A DNA stretch of 64,000 bases from Carcharhinus longimanus (taxonomy: Eukaryota): contig JASCQW010000043.1 of assembly GCA_030264375.1 (NCBI GenBank), positions 58,920,289 through 58,984,288 of the forward strand, given 5' to 3'. Positions 12,255 to 25,266 of this stretch are shown here, one piece after another. The position numbers were made by a program, and so were the translations under genes. The notes below the pieces were generated by a model. It searched no databases, was not told the origin of the DNA, and saw nothing but the letters and a program-made list of their open reading frames with translations. Numbering within the stretch: the first letter of the stretch is position 1; each line of letters starts with the position of its first letter.

Positions 12255-14470
12255 CTTTAAGATTCAGTTGTTTTCTGCAAGGGAGTTGGTTGATCTATAG
12301 GAATGCAGCAGACGCTAAGAAAGCAGGATAGTTTGGAATATGTTACTAGGTACAATAAATTCACCTTTGTTCATTTAAGTTCTCATGAGGTTTCAGACTA
12401 GGGTGACCGAGTCATTATTAGGTTAATGGGAGAAGCTACGCTTGTGGCAGAAAAACAATTTCATTTTCATTTTAANNNNNNNNNNNNNNNNNNNNNNNNN
12501 NNNNNNNNNNNNNNNNNNNNNNNNNNNNNNNNNNNNNNNNNNNNNNNNNNNNNNNNNNNNNNNNNNNNNNNNNNNCATTTTAAAGAAAGTGCAATTGCTA
12601 GAGAGGAATGCTTAAAGGAAGTAACCCACAAACAATTTTCTCTCTCTCTCTCTTTCTCTCTCTCTACAAAATCTCTTTGGAAGCTCCAAAGCTATAACCC
12701 ATGTGAGAGCAAATACATTTGGATTTGCTAACTATCTTTTTAAAGTGAGGTTTAAGTTTGTAAGAGAAATATTGCTTATAGGAACTGAATGGAAATAAGT
12801 TAGAAGTTAAGCATTGTTTCTTTGCATGTTTAGAGATTGCTCAACTGTTAAGAGTTAAACTGTTTCACTTTGTTAGAGATACACTTAAACTATGTTATGA
12901 ATAAAGCTTGTTTTGATAAAATGATCCCGAATTTGTCAGTGAAATCACCCCTGAGGCGAAATCCCCTCTTCTTACAATTATGCCAAAGTAGAAAAAATGT
13001 TGGGGTCTGGTCTGGCTTCAAAATATACCTTAGGGATTCTGATCTGGCTTCCTAATATGTGTCTCAAGAACCCTTTCAGAGGCTGAAAAAAGTACTCACA
13101 AATTGAGAAAGTGGTACTATCAATAGTTTTTGGTATCAAGAAATTCCACCAGTACTTACATGGAAGTAACTTTACCATTGTATCTGACCACAAACTACTC
13201 TTGGGTATTTTTAAAGAAGACATGACTATTCCACCAATCACATCAGTAAGAATTCAACACAGGGTGTTGATTCAGTCCACCTACAAATATACACTCAAGC
13301 CCCAACTTGGAACACACATAATGAATACAGATGTACTTAGCTGCCTATCTTTACAAGAAAATGGTACAGCTGCTCCACTATTACAGGAAATTGTCATGGT
13401 GTTGAATTTTTTTGGCCATGTTGCCAGTCTCAGCAAAGTAACTTAAGTACGAGACCAATTGGGATCCACTTCTGTCCAAAGTGAGTCACAAGATACATAC
13501 AGGTTGGGCCAATTAGACAGTTTCTGAAGAAATGAAATTATTTGTTACCCACAAGGATGAATTGAATTGCCAAGAAGGCATCAAGCACTGAGGAGCAAGA
13601 ATAGTCACCCATATACCTGCTACTAATGGAATTATGGCACTAATTGCAGCAAAGTTTGCCTGCTCCAGCCCCATTGGGATTGGCCTGGCCAGCCCCGGGT
13701 ATGAGTCCATATTGACCAAGTTGGTCCATTCATGGGCACAACATTTCAGGTCATTGTTGAAGCATGTTCTAAGTGGGTGGATGTTTTTGAGTTGAAGTCT
13801 CCTATATTGTGCGCTACCATTGAAAGATTACACCAATGTTTTTCTATTCACAGAATGCCTGAAGTAATAATGTCTGACAATGGAACTGCATTCACAAGTG
13901 CCGAGTTTCAAAAGTGCACCACACTCAATAGTATGAAGCACAATAGAAATCTGCCTTACCACCCAGCTTCCAATGGACTAACCAAGTGAGCCATCTAAAG
14001 TTGGGCTGAAAGAAGCAGTCAGGACGAATCATGGACACCAGAATCTCAAGTTCCTCTTGGCTACCAGAACCCCCCATGTGCAACAACTAGAGCCTCAGCA
14101 GCAGAATTGTTAATGGATCATCTCATGTTTCCAAATTTGCCAGAGAGAGGCNNNNNNNNNNAGTTATGAGAAGGCAAATCATGATTCACATCAGACAACA
14201 TGGCCATTTATGGTGGATGATGCCGTGTATGTGGGGAATTTTGGCAGTGGGACTAGTTGGGTCCCTGGGATTGCTGTCTCTATAATTGGACCCCTATCTT
14301 GTCAACAGGACATAGAAGGAAGGATCATCCAAAAACACGTAGATATTTAGGGACAAGAGACATGGCCCAACAACCAGTTTTGCCATTAGAAAATATTGCT
14401 AACTGTTTAAACACTGACGCACCTGGTCATCCTGGACAGGCACAACTGAAATCTCCATGGAAACAGGTGG

Positions 14471-15353
14471 TGTTATAGTTCAGGTCAGAAACTCCAAAGT
14501 ATTCTGTGAGGTCCACCTGGATCATAAGTTTTGTACTTTGAAATTGACTAGAGTAAGTGTGAGATATTTCACTTCAGGTATGATTCCAATAACCCAATAA
14601 GGAGCTTTTATCAAACAAAGATTATTTAAGTATACAGTTAACATGTATAAAAAGACATTTTTTGTAATAACCTTTACCAATTAAAAACAAGAGAAACCAA
14701 TCATTATATTGTACAAATCTTAATAGCCAAATACCATTTCAATAAGACAAATCTCATGAACAGGATATTTGCCACAGGTTTAACACAGGAAAAACTAATG
14801 CTCATGTGATATTGGAAGTGAGTCCTTTGGTTGGAGAATTGAAACCCTGACTTCTGAGCCTTGTAACTTCTAGCCAGACTCTGAATGCACCCAGAACAGT
14901 TTGAAGTCAAAACAGCTTCCCAGAACACTAGGGAGGTAGGGACTCTTGGCAAGCTAACCACCAACAGCAGATATCCCATTCCAAGAAGGCAAGAAGCCTT
15001 GCTTTCAGCTAACTAGCAGAATTTCCAATACTGGGGAAGAGAGAGAAACACTGCTTTTAGTCTGATGTCCGCTCCCTTCTAAACAAAAACTAAAAATGAA
15101 TCCTTAGATTTTTTCTGGGGAGGAACCACCTGACTTTGACTTGTCAATCAATGTCCCTCCTCACAAGGCAAGGTCATAAAAGATCCCAGAGTAAAAATAA
15201 ACAAATCCCTGCTTAAACCATTGAAGTAGCAATGAAAAGATTTCCAGCAGAGGGCCCAGAAATAATGAGGAAACAAAAACTGTAAAGGTCTCCTTATACT
15301 TGCAGAGGACATGACTAAATAAAAGAATTCTTAAAAGTACACTAACATCACAA
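14471..15353 (-). mobile_element. Second solo-LTR-like insertion in the Gypsy 3' region
   Basis: TGTTA...CATCACA termini. The minus-strand start TGTGATGTTAGTGTAC resembles TGTGATGATACTGTAC at 11216. No TSD recognised. Confidence 0.55.
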
Positions 15354-18300
15354 CAGAACTGAACAGGCACCTGTCATTGCGGTTTTGGCTGACAGCAATC
15401 CTGTGGAAGTACCCCAGACAGAGGAGTTACGTGATTCCACAAAGAATCAAAAAGCCCTGAAACACTTAACTTATAATTGACTAACCTCATGCACTAAATG
15501 ATTAATTATCTTGGACTATGTATATTAAGCATAGGCATTTGTACAAAAGGGCTTAGAAGGGGAGGGGAAAATTCATTATGCCTTAAATACTGGAACTCCA
15601 CTCCACCTTCATCAAACTACTTCACCATTAAATCTCTCCCTTTTCCTTTAAGACACTTCTTAAAACCAACACATTTGATCTAAAATTCAGTCACCCGTAC
15701 ATAAAATCCATATATGCTTTAGCGTCAAATTTAAATTTGATAGCAACCTTGTGAATCAAATTGGGACACTTTACTGCATTAAAGATAAAACTATACACTG
15801 TTAGGGTTAACTGGGACACACTGTGCAGTCCATTTCACTCTTATTGCTACCTCTGTGGTCAACTCATGGGATATTAAATGAGCTATGTAAATGTCGCTGC
15901 TACTATTGCTAAGCATCTCATGTGAATACATGATTGGAGTCCTGCTCAGCTCCAGCTGTGAAAATGGCTGGCTTGATGTTTGTGGTCATTTTTCCCTTAA
16001 TCTGGTCCTGCAGGACTCTGTACCCATTCATTTTAATAGATTAAAAATCTAATAAGAGGCAGTTAAATTACTCATTAATGTAAACTGGATGAAATAAACA
16101 TTGATACTTGTGATACATGATCAAAAATACAAAATGGAAGATTCAAGTGTAAAGTAAAAGGAAATGGAAATGTAGCAGGTCAAATTACAAGTCAGGGCAT
16201 TGAAAATTAATTTTAATAAAGAGTTCAATTTGCATAGACTTATGGAATAGTACTGCTGGACACAATGGCTGCAATTTTCCATTAGTAATGACAGCAACCC
16301 TGTTGGTATTCACTATCATTATCTTCTAAAACTGATGGCAAGGTTTGAGGTCCACACATGTACAGTTAAACATAGAAACCCCACATTGCTGCCAGTAATT
16401 CTGCACTCATGCATAAGGTTACCCAATGAAGTCCCCACAGGCTATAATCAATTAGAAGTTATTGAACTGACAAAATCTTCCACTGTTACATATAAATTTT
16501 GCTTTAAAAATGTGTGAAAATATTATATATTGCTGAATGAGGTGCAATTGGATTTTGGCACCGTAGTAAGTTGCAATTACTGTCAAACAACCCCACTGGA
16601 AAAATATTTTTTTCTGATAAAAAATTCATATTTTGAAAAATAATATTTTTAAAGTTTGCTTTTTATTCTATCTGAATTCCATAGACAAGCCAATTTTTAT
16701 ATGTCACAATTTCTATATTGCTCTCTGAAAAATTATATTAATATGTGAAGGATCATTTGTGCATTCCTGGTTTACTGTAAGGATTCTTCAATGCAATTGC
16801 AAGCCACTTGATGATACAATGACCTTGCATGCCAAGAGATTCCCTCAACTGGGGGCCAGATGCAAACTAACATCAGGATAAGAAAGCAGTAGATCCATGA
16901 GTGTGTATGTTCTTCTATTGAAGTAAATGCTCTAAACACAAAACAAGGATTAGTAAACCAATAACATGGCTCAATTAGGTAAAAATGGTTTGAGCCGGTA
17001 TTCTTATTTCCAGGTTTTTCACTGATGTTCCATTCTAAGGTCTACAAGACCAGTTCAGACATTCCGGGCGTCTTTAATAGAAAATAAGACGATGTGCAGA
17101 TAGTGTTAATTGAGAGACCATGTGCAGTACATTTGACTTCTACTGATGCTGCTGCTGTAAACCAAATACAACTCATGGGATTATTAAATTACATCCAGTT
17201 GTGGTGGTATTGATTAACAAAATTTTAAGATGAGCCTTTTAAATTGTCTATGCACAACATATCACAGCAGTGAGCAGCTCATCAGGAAAACAGAGGTAGT
17301 TTTAAGTGATCTATAATTGTATTGTTAAATATTAGAAATAATGTATAGATTTAAATGGGTTTAATTTAGTGTTTGGGGGTAAGATAGCATAAAATTCTAA
17401 TTAAAATCATGTTAAACAGAAGTGTTTGCTAGTCTGCACGTTTTAGTTTCAGTTCAAACTGTGTTTCTATTCTGCTGAGAGAGTTTATAGTGGGAAAGGT
17501 AAACATAAGCTTAGAGGAGCATCAAGGTGTTGCTTAGCAATTGAGGGAGCAATTTAACTTTTAGTGAGAAGACCTTTTTTGGTTTAATTTTAACTGGAAC
17601 TCAGAGTTGGAGAGAGTGAACATCTCTCACAGTTTTACTGGAAGAAAAGCCATACAATGGAGTAAAGAGCAAAGAAGGCAAGTACCAGAAATTTAAAGAA
17701 CATCTAGCTAAGGAATCTAGAGAGATGAAGAAAAAGTTTCCAAGGAGTCTGAAGTTAAACTGGAACTGGAACAGGGTATTGTTCATTGAAACCACAGACA
17801 GAGCTGAGGAGGAGTTGGCTAGTAAAAAGCCAGAAAGATATCTGAACTGGTTCTAAGGTTTGTGATACCTTACCACAGGTGAAATAATTGTGAAGCAAAC
17901 AATGACTGGATCTCATTCAAGAAAATGAAATCAGAAAAGGGGAGTTGGAAAAAACTGGAAATGCATCTTTGTTAAACAGTGGAGAGAAAGCCTTATTTGA
18001 AAAGATAGTTGGAAAACCTGGATGTGGTTTCTTGATGGAAACAGCTGAGGGAAAGTATTGTTTGAAAGAAGATTTTAAAGCATGTCTTTTTGAGAGTGGA
18101 GTTTGCAAACAGTCATTTGGGGGGAGTCATCTGAGCCTCACTGCTGCTGGATTGGTGTGTGGTTTGGCAGGTCTTCCCAGATGGATACATCACAGACTTT
18201 TTGTCAGCTCTCCAGCCAGCAGACCCCATGCCTCAACAAGTTTCAATCCTATGCTAAAGTTCTTGTTCTATTCATGAAATAGTCTATGAAGCAGCAATTA

Positions 18301-21169
18301 ATGCTATTTGTAGTTTCCATATATAATAATAGTCTCCAATGCATTCTCATGTTTTTCTGGATTATGCATGCAACCTATTTAGTTGCATAGCCTCTTCAAT
18401 TTATTTTTATGCAGGCACGCATGCATTGTAAATTAAAGGGGCTAACTTGTGTGAACTTCCAGGTTCCTGCATAGCAACATGCAGGTAGCAGTTTGAAAAG
18501 AAAATGGGTCACCTTGCCTTTTCACCCACAGATCCTCAGCGCAATATGTAGGCTCTTCAATTAGAAGATCATTGACCTTTATACAGACTGACTGAGAAAG
18601 GATGATTTCACTGATTTTATACCTGCAAATGAATTATGTCCTCCAATACTCTTCACCAGAAAATGACTAAAACAGTGCCACATCACACTACCATTCCACT
18701 ACATGCCCAGAGCATCAAGAGCAAATGTTTCAATCAAATAATACACAGCCTAGCTAAAATTCTTCTACTCACAAGTTTAGAAAATAGAATTCCAAAGTGG
18801 GCGTCTGATCTTCTGCATTTGAAGATATGTTTCACAGGCCATTCATTTGATCTAATTTAATGAAGTGTCAAAATACGATTTAAACACTAACATTTTATTC
18901 ACACGCCATTAGTAATCAACACAATTATTTGGTCTGTTACTGAAAATGGCTTTGGTTAGACAAGTTGATTACATTGTCACATAACACTATGTAGTTATAG
19001 ATAATTAATGGAATACATGAAATTGTACCATTGTTCCAGGCAGAAAGTAATTTCTTTCTGTTTTGCCTCCGAGGCTTCTTGAAATGATTTAAGATTTTTA
19101 AAATAATTTATAAAATATATTTTCGGTTCCTTTCCTGAACACTTGCCACTGTTAAAATTTAGTCACCTATAAGGGCAAAGGTCAAAGTGTTATTGAATTA
19201 TTAATTAATTAGATAGATTGAATTGGTGCTGAATTTGTTTGTATTTGACTCAGAGATTTCAAAATGGAAATGCCTTCAACATTTAATCAGTTAAGTATCT
19301 AGGAAGAAGACAGAAATTTAGCATGTTTAGCATTCTTGCATGATCCTCACAGTCAAGAAGAAAGTATCATTCATGAGTCCAAATGATGCTGTTAAATTCT
19401 GCTAAATATCTGCAAGATACCTAATGGAATCATATGGGTGGCAAAACTGGGATGACATACTGGGATGACAAAAGTCCTGTTGCTTGAGACTAAAAATGGC
19501 AGGCAGCCCCGTTTCAAGTGGCAGTGAAATCCTGGGACACATAGGCTGGCAGCTCAGCAGTCTCACAAGCCCCACCCTAGATGTGGCCATTCTGAAGGCA
19601 GCAGTCTCATGAAGAGGTTGTCCCAATGATTGTATGCCCTCAAAGAGCAATATGTGGGGTTAGGGAATGCTGGAACCAAACAGGCATGCCCCAGCAATAG
19701 TGTGGTGGGGGTTAGGGGAGAGTGGGTTTGGTGGTGATTAGGTACCAGTGGTGTCATTGCTGCACCATCAACAAATACTGTCAAGGGGATCCTTTAAAAG
19801 GGAGGGCTTCTCCCTGAATCCTACTTGGAGATCATTACATTAGCCTGATGAGTATTCATAAAGACACCAGGAAAGTGAATGTTCAAGAATACGTGACATC
19901 TAGCAAGGCCAAGAGGCTAGGAAGTGGTAATGAGGGAGCACTGTTCATTCAGGATAACACTGGGACTAGAAAGAGATGAGCTTAGTTCNNNNNNNNNNNN
20001 NNNNNNNNNNNNNNNNNNNNNNNNNNNNNNNNNNNNNNNNNNNNNNNNNNNNNNNNNNNNNNNNNNNNNNNNNNNNNNNNNNNNNNNNNNNNNNNNNNNN
20101 NNNNNNNNNNNNNNNNNNNNNNNNNNNNNNNNNNNNNNNNNNNNNNNNNNNNNNNNNNNNNNNNNNNNNNNNNNNNNNNNNNNNNNNNNNNNNNNNNNNN
20201 NNNNNNNNNNNNNNNNNNNNNNNNNNNNNNNNNNNNNNNNNNNNNNNNNNNNNNNNNNNNNNNNNNNNNNNNNNNNNNNNNNNNNNNNNNNNNNNNNNNN
20301 NNNNNNNNNNNNNNNNNNNNNNNNNNNNNNNNNNNNNNNNNNNNNNNNNNNNNNNNNNNNNNNNNNNNNNNNNNNNNNNNNNNNNNNNNNNNNNNNNNNN
20401 NNNNNNNNNNNNNNNNNNNNNNNNNNNNNNNNNNNNNNNNNNNNNNNNNNNNNNNNNNNNNNNNNNNNNNNNNNNNNNNNNNNNNNNNNNNNNNNNNNNN
20501 NNNNNNNNNNNNNNNNNNNNNNNNNNNNNNNNNNNNNNNNNNNNNNNNNNNNNNNNNNNNNNNNNNNNNNNNNNNNNNNNNNNNNNNNNNNNNNNNNNNN
20601 NNNNNNNNNNNNNNNNNNNNNNNNNNNNNNNNNNNNNNNNNNNNNNNNNNNNNNNNNNNNNNNNNNNNNNNNNNNNNNNNNNNNNNNNNNNNNNNNNNNN
20701 NNNNNNNNNNNNNNNNNNNNNNNNNNNNNNNNNNNNNNNNNNNNNNNNNNNNNNNNNNNNNNNNNNNNNNNNNNNNNNNNNNNNNNNNNNNNNNNNNNNN
20801 NNNNNNNNNNNNNNNNNNNNNNNNNNNNNNNNNNNNNNNNNNNNNNNNNNNNNNNNNNNNNNNNNNNNNNNNNNNNNNNNNNCATGAATTGCAGGGCTTA
20901 CAATCAGCCACGGGCCTCTGCGATTGCAGGGGATGGGAGTTTGTTGAACCTGCAGCAGCAGGGTCCTGACAGCTCTCTCTCTCTCTGTCTGTCAGACTCC
21001 TGCTGTTGGAATTATGCATGTACAGCATCAGAGGTCTACAAATGCTCAGTAGCTCCCTCTACAGGCTAGGTGGTGTAACAGTCTATGCCATTTTTCCAAT
21101 GACTAGTTATGTAAGATTAGATTAGGAACTCTCCCATTTTCACACTAACTGCACACTTAGAATCATTCT

Positions 21170-21375
21170 TGTAAAATTCTGCCCTGGTGCTTTCAGTTTA
21201 AATTAGGGCAATTATAAGGGCATGAATCCAGAGCTGGCTACAGTTAACTGGGAGAATAAGTTAAGGGATAAATCAGTGGAGATGCAGTGGCAGACATTTA
21301 AGAAGATAATTCAGAACACACAGAAAAGATACCTTCCAGTGAAAACAAAACACTCCAAGGGAAGGACATAGTACT
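21170..21375 (+). mobile_element. CR1 ORF2 internal fragment
   Basis: Reads ..VNWENKLRDKSVEMQWQTFKKIIQNTQKRYLPVK, typical of the CR1 EN-RT linker. Confidence 0.75.
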
Positions 21376-21384
21376 TGAGTAACA

Positions 21385-21760
21385 TCTTTGCATCAGCAGT
21401 CAGTTGCTCTGTGCCCAGGTTTTGCACATCGGTGGCAATTTTGAACCTGTGTCTTTATTTGAATTTCAGTCGACACCTTATGGACTTCAATGCTCAAGCT
21501 TAATTGTTGGGCTTCCTTAGTTGCTAATTCCATACAGACCATGACTTCTAAAGCCTTTACGTTTAAATTGTTTTCTGGATAGCTTTCCTTCTTAACTAAC
21601 ATATTAGTCTGTTTCTAATGGTGTTATTCAAGTCATCCCCAAATTCACAGTATTTGGCTAATTCCTTCAAAGTAGCTATAAACTGGGTGACTGACTAACC
21701 TTCTTGTTGGTTACATGGGACCTGAACTTCTCAGCAATGTCCGCAGTGTTGGATGAGAAG
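21385..21760 (-). mobile_element. Gypsy gag remnant with CCHC zinc knuckle
   Basis: ORF 21393-21602 ends CHRCAKPGHRATDC (CX2CX4HX4C). Upstream text resembles Gag (LKELAKYCEFGDDL). Confidence 0.8.
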
Positions 21761-22344
21761 TGGCCCTGCGATATCCCCAATATCTCATCGCAGATTTTCA
21801 AACCTGGTTTTTCTTTCAGCAACCTCTTCTGATCTTTCCTTCCCTTTCTCTCCTGAACACATTGTTTCCAGGAATATTTAATACCCAGTCATGCCCTGGA
21901 CCAAGTCTCTATTATTGCCATGAGTGGCTTGAACCTGAGATTGAAATTTCTGCTGCTATCATATTATTCTTGGCTGTAATAGACTGATATGCATTGTGAA
22001 ATGAGAACAAAAATGATAATTTAAAATAATCTTTAGATAAGCAAAATCTATCAATTTCAGATTTTATCTATACAAACAGTGCAGCTTCTCTGCCATTTTT
22101 AGATAGCGTGTCAAACATATACTACCTTGTGTGCAGCAGATTTTTCTGTAAATCACTTTTAAGGTCAGGCTTAATTTTGCAACGTTCCCGAGCTCTAGAC
22201 TTTCCAACCAATGGAAATTATTTTTCCCTATATAGCCTATTATTTCCCTTTAATATTCCTTTTTATTACCTTTTAGCCTTCTTGATTCCAGGGAATACAA
22301 TTCCACTTGATTTAATTGTTCTTTGCAGTTTTATCCTTAGAGGC

Positions 22345-22620
22345 CAGGGAAAATTTTGTTAAATCCACACTGCCCTCTAAGGAAAATATATCTTTCCTAA
22401 CAGGTGGTACCTAGAACTGCTCACAATAATCTAAGTGTGGTCTAGTTAGGATTTTTAGTTGAAGCATGACTCCTGCCACCTTTTATTCTCATCCTCCATA
22501 TATGAAAAGCGGCATCCCAGCAATCTTTTTGATTATATTCTGTAGCTATTCATTATACTGTAATAATCTATGTACCTGAACTCCCAGAATCTCTTTTTTC
22601 TAGATTTGTACTATTTACAA
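22345..22620 (-). mobile_element. Old CR1 RT C-terminal fragment
   Basis: Reverse complement resembles the RPHLDYCEQF...RKDIFSLEG region. Confidence 0.65.
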
Positions 22621-22762
22621 AGTGTTTCATTCTAATCATTGCCACTATGAGTTGTGCATCCTCTGTAAAGTACTATTTTACGGGCTAGATAATATGTGTT
22701 TATCGTTTGACTCACGGGGAGGAAAGAGTACTTCTCCATGCAAACATCTATGATACTGTATT

Positions 22763-22936
22763 AAAAAAAGTCACTATAGTCCCAGGTGAATGAAGGTGAT
22801 TTCACCTGAGTATCATCACATCTCAGGCAAGGTTGAGAAAGTGGGTCTTCATGAATAACCTCAGCCAGCATGGGAATTGAACTTGTGCTGTTGGCATTAC
22901 TCACCAGCTGTCCAGCCAATTGAGCTAAACTGACCC
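22763..22936 (-). mobile_element. tRNA-derived SINE (non-HE1 family)
   Basis: Minus strand shows an A-box-like TTAGCTCAATTGG and a B-box GTTCAATTCCC, followed by a body ending GGGACTATAGTGACTT. Confidence 0.75.
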
Positions 22937-24259
22937 TCAAATGTATTGTATACCCATGACTAGACAACACAGTCTAAATTTTAGAATATTAAAAAAAATC
23001 CAGTAGTTCCATTGTTCTTGTTCCCTATCTTTAAAAAAATCTGCAGCCTCTGTCAAAACCTAAACCCAATATAAAGCTGTTGACATTTGTTCCTTCACTT
23101 TTCTTCAAATGGTTTTGAAAATTCAAATGATCAAAAACTGTTAGATGCTCAAAATGGATATTCCAGTCATTCAGCTGTTGAATGGTACTGACACATTCAG
23201 TGTGAAGTTGTGCACACTGCTGTAAGTAGGCTGTAAGACTGAGTCACAGCTGTGGGTAACAGTAGTAATCTGAAGTCAAGGCATACCAGAAAGCCGAGTA
23301 CATCAAGTCACAACTTTAATTAAGATACCAAAGGACACTCACAAAGATTGCAATGGGTAAATTTAGTGACATACAAAATATTTGGGATCTTTTGTTTGAA
23401 AGTTAATTTTGTTTTTGTTTTAGAAATTTAATTTATTTAATCAGAAAATTTGCAGATGATTTTTGTTAGAAAACGCTTTGAATGATCTGTGATGTAAAGA
23501 TGACACATGCCAGCTGGCAGTGTGACAGGCAAATCACAAAAGAATCATTGAAACTCCTATTAGAATGTCGCCTACTGGTCACAGAAATATGTGACAGCAA
23601 AGTGAAAACATTTCAACAATGCAATGTTGAGGTAATAGTTTTCAATGAACTGAGTGAAAGGAGTGCTGATTTTAACATAGAGATTGCATCATGTGCAAGG
23701 ACAGGCTTTACAAATTCATTTCCTTGCACAAAGTTTCATTCACTGCGGAAATAGAACAGAGATTTATGCTCAGAGGTCAGCACATCCCAGAAGATGTTCA
23801 GTCAATCATTTTAATGGCTGGAGTATCCTGCAGGAATTGCTGCTGACTGCTGCACCTGTATCCCTGACACATGCTTCTGGTGCAGGAATTTCCATGCCTG
23901 GAATACAAATTTGTAAATCTAACTTACTGTGTTCAGCATTTTGTAAAATAAATGGACTGTGGTGTTATAGATGCCATCTTTCAGATGAGATGTTAAACTA
24001 AGGCAGCATCGCCACTTCAGCAAAATGCTNNNNNNNNNNNNNNNNNNNNNNNNNNNNNNNNNNNNNNNNNNNNNNNNNNNNNNNNNNNNNNNNNNNNNNN
24101 NNNNNNNNNNNNNNNNNNNNNNNNNNNNNNNNNNNNNNNNNNNNNNNNNNNNNNNNNNNNNNNNNNNNNNNNNNNNNNNNNNATATGAAATGCTTCACAA
24201 CATTTCTGTAAATATCAAGATCTATATAAATGTAATTCTTTTCTTTCTAAATACAAAGA

Positions 24260-24393
24260 CCAGAATGTTACGGCTATTCACGGTGATGGGATTTTCCCAT
24301 CCCGCTGCAGTGAACGGAGACTTGGCTGGGTGCAAAACTCTCCAACTTTGCTGCAGTGGGAGTGTGGTGTGATTGGCCGGTAAGATTGCACCC
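24260..24393. mobile_element. Short CpG-rich MITE-like element
   Basis: Ends CCAGAATGTTACGGC and GCCGGTAAGATTGCACCC are imperfectly inverted. Similar in form to 31888-32001. Confidence 0.5.
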
Positions 24394-24972
24394 TATCACA
24401 GAGAAAGAGGTTTTCAGGGTCCTCGCATGAAGGCTATTCAAATAAGGGGCCTAATGCATGTTTGAAACCCCTTTAACAAAGTTAATTTGCCCTGAAACAG
24501 CCAATGGCAGATTGACTGCGTTCAGGAAAAGTTGGCCGGCATATGGCCTAACCAGCAGAACTTAGAAGGGTCACTGGTGATCGGCACCAAAAAGTTTGTT
24601 AAAAATACTTTTTTGATATGGCACTGCATCCACAGCTGTGCTGAAAACCACGAGTGGCTCCTTTCTACTCACAATTGTTCCCCTCTGTCTGGATTATCCT
24701 TTATCACCATAGCATTTTAGGAAAACTCCTGCACGTAGCCCATCTATGAATGTGAATGATAGACTGAAGCCTGTGAGCTACTCTCCACCCAAAAAACTGC
24801 AAGCACTAGATTGCAGAATCATTCTCATGTCATACAGAGTTATACACGCTGGAGTTTGTTCGAAGAAAGTAACATACCCACAAGCGTGGAGCTGACATTG
24901 ACAATTTGAGAGGACAATGTTGTCTCAAACCCCCGATGTGGCACTAACTCAAAACATTCTATGGACTGTCAT

Positions 24973-25266
24973 CCATAGAATCTCTACAGTGCAGGAGGCC
25001 ATTTGGCTCATCAAATCTTACTGACTTCTGAAAACGCATCTTACCCATGGGTACTCCACTGCTCTATCCCTACACATTTACCACGGCTAATCCACCTAAC
25101 CTGCACATCTTTGGACTGTGGGAGGAAACTGGAGCATTTGAAGGAAACCCACACAAACGCGGGGGGTAGAACGTACAAACTCCACACAGACAGGTCACTC
25201 AAGGCCAGAATTGAACCCAGGCCCCTGATGCTGTGAGGCAGCACTGCCAACAGTTGTGCCACCCTG
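24973..25266 (-). mobile_element. HE1-like V-SINE
   Basis: Reverse complement of V-domain (CTTTGGACTGTGGGAGGAAACTGGAGC), B-box GAATTGAACC, and tail CATAGAATCTCTACAGTGCAG. Confidence 0.9.

Larger units (their letters stand above)
11216..13057 (+). mobile_element. Solo-LTR-like insertion interrupting Gypsy RNase H
   Basis: Gypsy coding sequence stops at ...ERQIGN (about 11215) and resumes at VSRTLSEAE (about 13060). The insert starts TGTGATG, has AATAAA at about 12900, and ends CCTAATA. Confidence 0.65.
8219..15570 (+). mobile_element. Decayed Ty3/Gypsy LTR retrotransposon (gag-PR-RT-RH-IN) with nested insertions
   Basis: Gag ORF 8579-8911 (RLRYYF...ILLSACG...QRFKL); protease KMGVDAG at about 9.77 kb; RT 10320-10900 (APIVLILKPD, YTKLDMSHVYQQLELD); RNase H SRTL...YSQIEK, KFHQYLHG.FTIVSDHK; integrase 13732-13989 (SDNGTAFTS, YHPASNG); purine-rich PPT-like AGAAGGGGAGGGGAA at about 15555. 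It has many stops and frameshifts, and no 3' LTR is seen. Confidence 0.92.

Noticed and set aside
8517-14100. Possible domesticated or active Gypsy gene
   Set aside because: It has many stops, frameshifts, altered catalytic motifs and nested insertions.
19917-21069. Longest ORFs in the track (303-381 aa)
   Set aside because: They are artefacts of the roughly 890-bp N gap and consist almost entirely of X.
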